Part shown: positions 36,079-44,900 of the stretch, piece after piece
Layout: every line of letters begins with the position of its first letter
Numbering within the stretch: the stretch's first letter is position 1
Notes under the pieces: generated by a model
The model's input: the letters and a program-made list of their open reading frames with translations, nothing else
The model's database searches: none
What the model was told of the DNA's origin: nothing
Made by a program: the position numbers and the translations under genes
Assembly: GCA_050248855.1 (NCBI GenBank)
Contig: JBFWRP010000001.1
Location: 59,134-123,133, forward strand
Length of the DNA stretch: 64,000 nucleotides
Reading direction: 5' to 3'
Source of the DNA: Planctomycetota bacterium
GTDB lineage: Bacteria; Planctomycetota; PLA2; JAEUHO01

Positions 36079-38798
36079 GACGCGCTCCTTCCGGCGGCCC
36101 ACACCTGACGCAGCACGTAGGGCAGGATCCCGCCGTGTCGGTAGTACTCGACTTCGTCGGGGGTGTCGATGCGGCTGCGTACCTCGAACGAGGCGCGCGA
36201 GCCGTCCGCGCGATGGACGACCAGCTCCAGGCGCTGGCCGGGCGCGAGCCCCGCGGCGATGCCCGTCAGGTCGAACGTCTCCGTGCCCTCGAGCCCCAGG
36301 GCTTCCGCGGGGTCGCTGCCGTGGGCCATCTCCAGCGGCAGGACGCCCATGCCGATCAGGTTGCTGCGGTGGATCCGCTCGTAGGAGCGGGCCAGCACGG
36401 CACGCACGCCCAGCAGCAGGGTGCCCTTGGCCGCCCAGTCCCGGGACGAGCCCATGCCGTACCCTTCGCCGGCCACCAGCAGGGTCGGCACGCCTTCCTT
36501 CGCGTAGCGCAAGGACGCCTCGTAGATCGACATCACGTCGCCACCGGGCTGGTGCGTCGTGAAGCCGCCCTCCGTGCCCGGCGCCAAGCGGTTGCGCAAG
36601 CGCACGTTGCCGAACGTGCCGCGCACCATGACCTCGTGGTTGCCGCGGCGGCTGCCGTAGCTGTTGAAGTCCTTCGGCTCCACGCCGTGCTCGACGAGCC
36701 AGCGGCCTGCGGGACCCTTCGCTTGGATGGAGCCGGCCGGCGAGATGTGGTCCGTGGTGACGAAGTCCCCCAGCAGGGCGAGGAGGCGCGCACCGTGGAT
36801 GTCGCCCGGCTCGCTCGCCCCCGACGGCACGTCCTCGAGGAACGAGGGGCGGCGCACGTACGTGCTCTCCGGGTCCCAGGCGAAGCGATCCCCCTTCGGC
36901 ACGGGCAGGCCGCGCCACACGTCGTCGCCGTCGAACACCGAGGCGTACTCGTCGGCAAACTGCGCGGGCTTCACGGCGGTCCGCACGGCATCCGCGACCT
37001 CCTGCGGCGTGGGCCAGAGATCGGCCAGGTGCACGGGACGCCCCTCGGCGTCCTCGCCAAGCGGCTCCTTCACGAGGTCCAGGTCGACGGTGCCGGCGAG
37101 CGCGTAAGCCACGACCAACGGAGGCGAAGCGAGGTAGTTCGACTTGACCTGCGCGTTGACGCGGCCCTCGAAGTTGCGGTTGCCGGACAACACGGAGACC
37201 ACGTGCAAGTCCTCGTCGGCCACGCGCTTGCCCACGTGCGGGATGAGCGGGCCGCTGTTGCCGATGCACGTGGTGCAGCCGTAGCCCACCAGCGAGAAGC
37301 CGACAGCCGCCAGGTCGTCGAGCAGGCCGGCCTCCTCGAGGTAGCGCGTGACGACGCGCGATCCCGGCGCGAGGCTCGTCTTGACCCAGCTCTTGGCCTT
37401 CAGGCCGCGCGCGCGAGCCTTCCTGGCCACGAGCCCGGCGGCCAGCATCACGCTGGGGTTGCTCGTGTTCGTGCAGGACGTGATGGCGGCGATCACCACG
37501 CTTCCGTGCGTCAGCGTGTCCGGCGCCGTCGCGACGGCCATGGGCGCTGCGGTCGGGGCATCCGAGGTCATCGCGCCCGCCTCGCCCTGGACGTAGGCCG
37601 CGCGGAAGCTCTCCTGCATCGCGCCGAGCGGCACGCGGTCCTGGGGGCGCTTGGGACCCGCCAGGCTCGGCTCGACCGTGGCGAGGTCCAGCTCGATGAC
37701 CTCGCTGAAGACCGGCTCGTCCGTGGGACTCGCGAACAGCCCTTGCGCCTTGGCGTACGCCTCGACCCGGCGCACGTGCGCTTCGCTGCGACCCGTGAAG
37801 CGCAGGTAGGCCAGCGTCTCGCCGTCGATCGGGAAGAAGCCCATCGTGGCGCCGTACTCGGGCGCCATGTTGGCGAGCGTGGCGCGATCGGCCAGCGTGA
37901 GCGCAGGGAGGCCGGGGCCGAAGAACTCCACGAACTTGCCCACGACGCCCGCCTTGCGCAGGCGCTGCGTCACGGTGAGCACGAGGTCCGTGGCCGTCGT
38001 GCCGGCCGGAAGCGTGCCGACGAGGCGTAAGCCCACGACCTGCGGCACGAGCATCGTGACGGGCTGGCCCAGCATGGCCGCCTCGGCCTCGATGCCGCCC
38101 ACGCCCCAGCCCAGCACGCCGAGGCCGTTGACCATCGTCGTGTGGCTGTCGGTGCCGACGAGCGTGTCGGGCCACAGCGCGGGCTGGCCGTCCTGCCGGC
38201 CCTCGAACACCACGCTGGCCAGGTGTTCGAGGTTGATCTGGTGCACGATGCCCGTGCCCGGCGGCACCACGCGGAATCCGTCGAAGGCTCCGGCGGCCCA
38301 GCGCAGGAGCTCGTAGCGCTCGCGGTTGCGCTCGTACTCCAGCGCCACGTTCTGCGCGTAGGCCGTGGCGTCCCCGAAGTGATCCACCTGGACGCTGTGG
38401 TCGATCACCAGGTCGACGGGGATGTGCGGGTTGATGCGCCGCGGGTCGACGCCGCGCTCGGCGCTGGCGTCGCGCATGGCGGCGAGGTCCACGACACACG
38501 GCACCCCGGTGAAGTCCTGCAGCAGGACCCGGGCGGGCATGAAGGCGATCTCCGTCGTGGGATCGGCTTGGGGGTCCCAGCCGAGCAGGGCCTCGATGTG
38601 GTCCCGCGTCACGGTCCGGCCGTCCTCCCGCCGCAGCAGGTTCTCGAGCAGCACCTTCAGCGAGAAGGGCAGCCGTCGGACCTGCGGGTGCTTGCCCTCG
38701 GCCAGGGCCGCGAGGCTGGCCATGGCGTACGACGTGCCTTCGACCTCCAGGGTGGTCCGGGCGCCGAAGGAGTCGAGGAGGACAGGCGAGGAGCTCAT
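36075..38798 (-). CDS. acnA: Aconitate hydratase A
   Basis: 907 aa, with the three Fe-S ligand cysteines (SCTNTSNP, GCTTCIGNSG) and a swivel-domain SRRGNHEVMVRGTF motif. Confidence 0.95.
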   Translation of the reverse strand: MSSSPVLLDSFGARTTLEVEGTSYAMASLAALAEGKHPQVRRLPFSLKVLLENLLRREDGRTVTRDHIEALLGWDPQADPTTEIAFMPARVLLQDFTGVPCVVDLAAMRDASAERGVDPRRINPHIPVDLVIDHSVQVDHFGDATAYAQNVALEYERNRERYELLRWAAGAFDGFRVVPPGTGIVHQINLEHLASVVFEGRQDGQPALWPDTLVGTDSHTTMVNGLGVLGWGVGGIEAEAAMLGQPVTMLVPQVVGLRLVGTLPAGTTATDLVLTVTQRLRKAGVVGKFVEFFGPGLPALTLADRATLANMAPEYGATMGFFPIDGETLAYLRFTGRSEAHVRRVEAYAKAQGLFASPTDEPVFSEVIELDLATVEPSLAGPKRPQDRVPLGAMQESFRAAYVQGEAGAMTSDAPTAAPMAVATAPDTLTHGSVVIAAITSCTNTSNPSVMLAAGLVARKARARGLKAKSWVKTSLAPGSRVVTRYLEEAGLLDDLAAVGFSLVGYGCTTCIGNSGPLIPHVGKRVADEDLHVVSVLSGNRNFEGRVNAQVKSNYLASPPLVVAYALAGTVDLDLVKEPLGEDAEGRPVHLADLWPTPQEVADAVRTAVKPAQFADEYASVFDGDDVWRGLPVPKGDRFAWDPESTYVRRPSFLEDVPSGASEPGDIHGARLLALLGDFVTTDHISPAGSIQAKGPAGRWLVEHGVEPKDFNSYGSRRGNHEVMVRGTFGNVRLRNRLAPGTEGGFTTHQPGGDVMSIYEASLRYAKEGVPTLLVAGEGYGMGSSRDWAAKGTLLLGVRAVLARSYERIHRSNLIGMGVLPLEMAHGSDPAEALGLEGTETFDLTGIAAGLAPGQRLELVVHRADGSRASFEVRSRIDTPDEVEYYRHGGILPYVLRQVWAAGRSAS

Positions 38799-38953
38799 GG
38801 GTTCTCCGGGGGGACGGGCGCGGCCGCACCGCAGCGGCGGTCGCGCTCCCTTCCCCGGCAGGCTAGGACTGCGCTAGCCCCTTCCCAAGGGAAGGCGGCG
38901 CGACGGACGGGAACCCGCGCACCCTTCACGGGTCCAACCCGATCCGCCCGGAC

Positions 38954-38958
38954 GGAGG
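38954..38958 (+). promoter_or_regulatory. Shine-Dalgarno (GGAGG) for the giant ORF
   Basis: GGAGGAACCCCCTGATG places GGAGG 9 nt upstream of the ATG at 38968. Confidence 0.5.
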
Positions 38959-38967
38959 AACCCCCTG

Positions 38968-41900
38968 ATGCGCGCCCTGGGTCTCGTTTCGCTGGCCATC
39001 GTGCTGACTGCCGTCGTGCTGCCGCCGCTGCTGGCGGGCGGACGCATCGGCGAAGCCGGGGACGACGACCATCCCCCGGTGGCCGACGACGGTCGGGCCG
39101 GGACCGTGCGCACCGCGCAGGGCACCGTGCTGGTGCGCCCGGCCGGCAGCCTGCGCTTCACGCCGCTCGCCCGGGGCGACCTGCTCGCGGTCGGCGACTT
39201 CGTCCGCACGGCGGTGCCCGGCGCCCACCTCGCCGAGCTCGATCTCGTCGGCTCGCGCGTCGTCCTCGGCCCGGGAACGACCGTGCGGCTGGCGGCCCGC
39301 GATGCCGTGCACGTCGTCCAGGGCGAGCTCGAGGTCGTGCCCGCGCCCGGGGCCTCCGTCCAGGTGACGGGACCGGGGAGCTTCGCGCGGACCGTCACGG
39401 GGGCGCCTGCCGCCGAGGGCGGCCTCGCTCCCCGCCTGCAGCTCCGCTCCGACGGACGCGGCGTGGTCGAGCTCGAGAAGGAGCCGCGCTGGCTGACCAG
39501 CTGGCGGGCTGCGGCGGGTGCCGCGTGGGCCGGTGGCCTGACGGCGCAGATCGACGGTCGCGACGTGGACCTCGCCGTGGTCCGCCACGAGGTGACGGTC
39601 GAAGTCCGCGACCAGCTCGCGCGGACGACCATCGAGCAGGTCTTCCGCAACGCGACCGACGTTCGTACCGAAGGCACGTTCCGTTTCCCGCTTCCGGCCG
39701 GCGCCAGCATCAGCGGCTTCGCGATGTGGATCGGCGACGAGATGGTCGAAGCCGACATCGTCGAGCGCCAGCGCGCCCGGCAGATCTACGAGGACATCCT
39801 GCGTCGCAAGAAGGACCCGGGCCTCCTCGAGTGGGAGGGCGGCAACCTCTTCCAGGCTCGCGTGTTCCCGATCGAGGCACGTAGCACCAAGCGCGTCCGC
39901 GTGCGCTACACGCAAGTCCTGCCGCTCCAGGGCCAGGCCTACCGCTACCGCGTGCCGCTGACCAGCGAGCTGCTGCGCCAGAAGCCGCTCGAGCACCTCT
40001 CCGTCAAGCTGCGGCTGCAGAGCGAGACGCCGATTGCCCGCGTGACGTCCCCGACCCATCCGGTCAACGCGCGCACGACGGCCCACACGGCCGACGTCGA
40101 GTACATGCTCGAGGGTGCCTCGCCGGACCGCGATTTCGAGGTGGAGGTCGCCCTCACGTCACCGCCGGACTTGGTGCTGCTCCCCCACCGCCGTGGCGAC
40201 GATGGCTACTTCCTCGTCCAGCTGCGCCCGCCCACGCCGGAGGCCCAGGGGTTCGAGCGCACCTTGGTGCCCGAGGGCAAGCCTCTGGACGTCGTGCTCG
40301 TGGCCGACACGTCCGGCTCGATGTCCGCGTCGGCCCGTGAGGCGCAGGACCAGCTCTTCCGCGCGTTCGTGGCCCTGCTCGGCGCCGAGGACCGCGTGCG
40401 CCTGCTGGCCTACGACGTGAAGCCCGTGTGGCTCCTCGAGGAGCCGGCGGCTCCCGACGCCCAGGAGCTGGCCGGCGCGCTCGACGCACTGGCCGCGCGT
40501 CGCTCGCTCGGCTGGAGCGACGTGGACGCCGGCCTGGAAGCCGCGCTGGCGGCGGCCCCCGCAGGGGGCCTCGTGGTGCATGTCGGCGACGGCATCGTCA
40601 CCACGGGCGACGCCGATCCGCAGGCGGGGGCCGCGCGCTTGGCGGCGCTCGGCGAGCGCTTTCCGGGACGTGCGGTCCACGCCGTGGCGCCGTCCTCCAC
40701 GTACGAGGCGCCCGTGCTCGAGGCCCTGGCGCGCATCGGCGGCGGCTCGATGCGCACGACCGATCCCGCGGCGCCGGCCAGCACCGCGGCGGCCCTGCTG
40801 CGCGACGCGCTGCTGCCGCAGTGGAAGAACCTGAAGCTGCGCATCGAGGGCGTGCCGACGGCTCGCGTGTACCCCGAGGTGCTGCCCAACACGCCGGCGG
40901 GCACGCAGCTGATGGTGCTGGGGCGCTTCGCGCCCACCCAGGGCGACACGCAGGTCACCGTGCACGTCGAGGGGGACGGCCCCGAGGGTCCGGTCCGTGT
41001 CTCGACCCGGGCGGTGCTCCCCGGCACCGACGGCGGCAACGACTTCTTGCCGCGCCTCTGGGCCCGTCGTCACCTCGACGCCCTGCTCGAACAAGGGCCC
41101 GACGCGGAGACGCAGGCCGAGATCGTCGAGTTCAGCGAGCGCTTCGGCATCCTCACGCCGTACACCTCCCTGCTGGTGCTGGAGAGCGACGAGGACCGCG
41201 AGCGCTACGGCGTGGGTCGTCGTGTCCACATGCGCGACGGCGAGCGCTTTTTCGCCGAGGCCCGCGACACCGCCGTGCTCGAGGCGCGCCGCGCCGCGCT
41301 GCGCGAGGCGAGCGGCTGGCGCACGTGGCTGCGCGCGGCGGCGATGCAGGAGATCGCCGGACTGGGGCGTGACTTCGGCGTGCCGTTCCCGCCCCCGGAC
41401 CCGGGCGTCGTGACGCGGGGCGAGGGCGCCGACTCGGCGCTTGGCGAGCTCCTGGACGCCACGCTCGGCCTGCGCGACCAGCTGCAGGCCGGGAAGCTGC
41501 TCGAGCTGAAGCACGAGGGCGGCGAGTGGGCCGGCGGCTTGGAGGAAGAAGCCGAAGGGTCGTTCGGCCGCCGAGGGGGCGCGTCTCCCGGAAGCGGCGG
41601 CATGCCCCCGCCGGCGTCCGCCCCCAGGCCGAGGGCAGCCACGCGTGCCATGGACCAGGGCGACTCGGTCGATGGGCGGCTGGCCGACCGGGGCCTCTAC
41701 GCGAGCGAAGAGAGCGAGGAAGGCCTGGAGGCCGCAGCCGCCGAGCCCCAGCTCGCCGGCCCGTCCATCGAGGACCTCGACTTCGAAACGGACAACGACG
41801 ACTACGCCCCGGCCGACCGCCGTGCGTCGCTGCAGCGGGCCCGCAAGAGGCCGTCTGGGCGCCGCGAGGACCCGCGGCTGGCGCAGTCCAGCTCGCTCTG

Positions 41901-44900
41901 GGCCTCGCTGCGCACGAGCCCCTGGTGGGATGGCCTGGGGTGGCGCGAGCGCCCGGCACCGGGGCCGTCCGCGACGTCGCTCGGCTTCCCGCACGTACCG
42001 CCTGATCTGCCCGTGGCCGAGCCCGAGGCGCCCGAGACGCCCTGGCCCGCCGACCTCCGCGAACGCCTGGGTGCGCTGCTCCGTCGCGCTCGCTTCGTGC
42101 CCACCGCGGGCGCCTGGCACGTGACGGTGCTCGAGCGCACGATGCACCCGCTGCGTGGCATCCCCACACATGCCCGTCGCAGCGAGTCGTGGGTAGCGGC
42201 CGATGGCTGGTACCAGACGCTGCGCCAGGCAACGTCCGGCAGCGAGGCGGCCCAGTGGTGGCTGCTCGGCCGGCGCGGCGCCGTCGACGTGATCACGCGG
42301 CTGGCCATGACGCGCGCCGGCTCCGCGCGGGACGCGGGCGACTGGGGTCTTCCGCTCGCCGACCTCGAGAACGACCGCCTGGTGGCGGCGCTCGAGCACT
42401 CGCACGACGTCCGCATCACGAGCGACACCGAGGGCCGGGTGACGTTCCGGTTCACGCCGCGCGGTCCGCGCCCGGGGACCTGGCGCGAATGGGTCGTGGA
42501 CACGGCGCGCAAGGCCCTCGTGGAAGAGCGCATGGGCGACGAGCGCACGGGCCGCGTCCACTGGCGTCGCGTGCACGAGGGGCTCGTCGAGGTGGCCGGG
42601 GTCACGCTCCCGTCGCGCACGGTGAGCTACGACCGGGACGGTCGCGTCAACGCCGACCAGGCCTTCACGTGGGAGCTCGTGGATGCGACCGCGTGGACCG
42701 CCGCCGCGGCGCGCCTGGCGAACCCGGGCGAGGACGTGCTCGTGCTGGATGCGGAGCTGGCTTCGCTCGACGACGCCCGACTCGCCGTGGCCGAGGGCAA
42801 GGCCGGGCTCCGGGACCACCTCTCGTTGCTCGTGGACGCGGCCTCGCGGGCCGACGGCGACGCCGTGGCCACCCACCTTCGCGCCGCGCGCGGCGCGAAC
42901 CCCGCCACGCCGGAGGCCTTCGACGCGATTGCCCTGGGCGTGCTGGGCCGCGTGCGCCGGCCCGACGACATGGCCGCTCTCCGGCCGCGCTTGCTGGCCG
43001 ACGCCAAGGCCTCGCCGCCGTCCCGCGCCATCGCCCGGGCGCTTCGTGCGCTGCGCGGTCTGGGCGCGCAACTGGGCGCCAACGAGGTCCTCGCCCTGCT
43101 CGAGAGCGTGGCCGGCCTCTTGACGTCGGATCAGGACGTGGTCGTGGCCGAGGAGGCCGCGTGGCGCGACCTCGTCCACGACCGGGCCCGCCTGCAGGCG
43201 CTGGCGCGCGCCGAGCGGCGCCGCGAGGCCGTCGCGTTCCTGGCCGAGCTCGCGGAGCGCTGGCCCGCCGAGCTGGACCTCCAGCTCGCGTGGTCACGAG
43301 CGCTGCGCGAGCGCGGCGACCGGGCCGCTGCGCGTGCGTGGCTGACAGGAGCCCTCGAGCGTGGCGCACCGTGGCTGGACCACGAGCTGGACTCGCTCTA
43401 CACGACGATCACCGATGGCCTCTGGCAGGACCGCCTGCTGGACGACCTCGTCCAAGCCACGACGGCCTGGACCAGCAAGCGCCCGGACAACCCGGAGAGC
43501 TGGAAGCGCGCGGCCACCATCGCGTACTTGACCGGACGCGATGCCGAGACCGACGCCGAGCAGCTCGGGCTCCTGGCAGCACCTCCGGCCGGCCACGACG
43601 ACGACGTCCTCGCCGCGCGCCAGCAGACGGCCGTATGGCTCCTGCTGGGCGACGGCTGGCTCTTCGACGTGCAAGGCATCCTGCCGCAGCACGCCGAGGC
43701 GCTCGCACGCTTCGCGGCGGCTGCGTTCGCACAGGATGGCAGCCCTCCGCCCCGCATGTGGTCGCTGGCCGGGCGTATCGCCACCCACTGGCGCTTCCGC
43801 CGCACCGAAGGCAACCGCCTGCTCGAGGCCGCCCTGCGCGAGCAGCTGCTGGAGGGCGTCACGTCGGCGACCACCGAGCGTCTGCGCGTCCTCCTGGGGC
43901 GCGTCGTCCTTCGCGGCGACGCCCGCGGCGAAGACCGTGCTCGCGTCCTGGAGGCGCTGCGCGCGCGCCACGCTGCCGCCGAGGCACTCGACGAGCGCGA
44001 TGCGCTCGCGGACATGCTCCTTGGCTTGCTCGACCAGGCAGGAGAGGGCGAGGCCGCCCTGGACTTCCAGCGCGGGCGCCTGGCACGCCGTCGCGCGGCC
44101 GGGGAACCGGTCGAGGCAATCGTGCGCGACCTCGTGGAGCGCTTGCTGCGCACGGACGATGGCGACGCCGCCCGCGAAGACGAAGTCGTCGCCCTCGTGG
44201 GCACGTTCGCCGGCACCCAGGAAGACCACCGTGCCGCCACGGCCGATGCGGCCTCGTGGTCACGTCGCTTGGCGGGACGCTTCGAGGACTGGCGCGAGCG
44301 CACGGCGCTCGGTTCGCTCGAGGACCTCGCCAAGCTGTCGCGCGAGGCCCAGCGCGAAGCCCGGCGCGAAGCGCGGGATGCGGCACGGAGCCAGCTCGTG
44401 ACGCGCCTTCCCGCGTTGGCCCCGGCGCTGCCGGACGCCTTTGCCACGTGGCTCGAACTCGAGGCCCTGGCCGCAAGCGTCCAGTCCGGTACCGACATCG
44501 AGGCGCGCACGGCTGCGGCTCTTGGGCGCCTGGGCGCCGAGTGGGCGCGTGATCGGCGCCCGTCCGAACGGGTCCAGCGTGAGCGCTTGGCCACGGCGAT
44601 CGCGTTCGCCGCGCTGCGCAGGTCGCCGCCCGAAGGCTTGGCCGACCGCCTGCTGGCGGTCCTGGATGCGATCCACGAAGCCGATGCGTTCGCCCTCGAG
44701 GTCGGGGCCGACGAGGAGGTCGTCGAGATCCTCCTCGATGCCCGCTACCACGTGGCCCGACTCCTGGTGGCCCTGGATCGCGGGAGCGAGGTCCGCGAGC
44801 GCCTTGCCGCGTGGGTCGGCACCGAGGGCTCGTCGTCGCGTTGGACGGTGCTCTTGGCGCACCTCGAGGCCGAAGCCGGCGATCTCGCGGCGGCCGTCGC

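Noticed and set aside
36079-38829. Upstream 900 codons of the 1101-aa minus ORF (35524..38829)
   Set aside because: Out of frame with acnA, which has unmistakable aconitase motifs. Only the last 184 codons (Nfu-type protein) are real.
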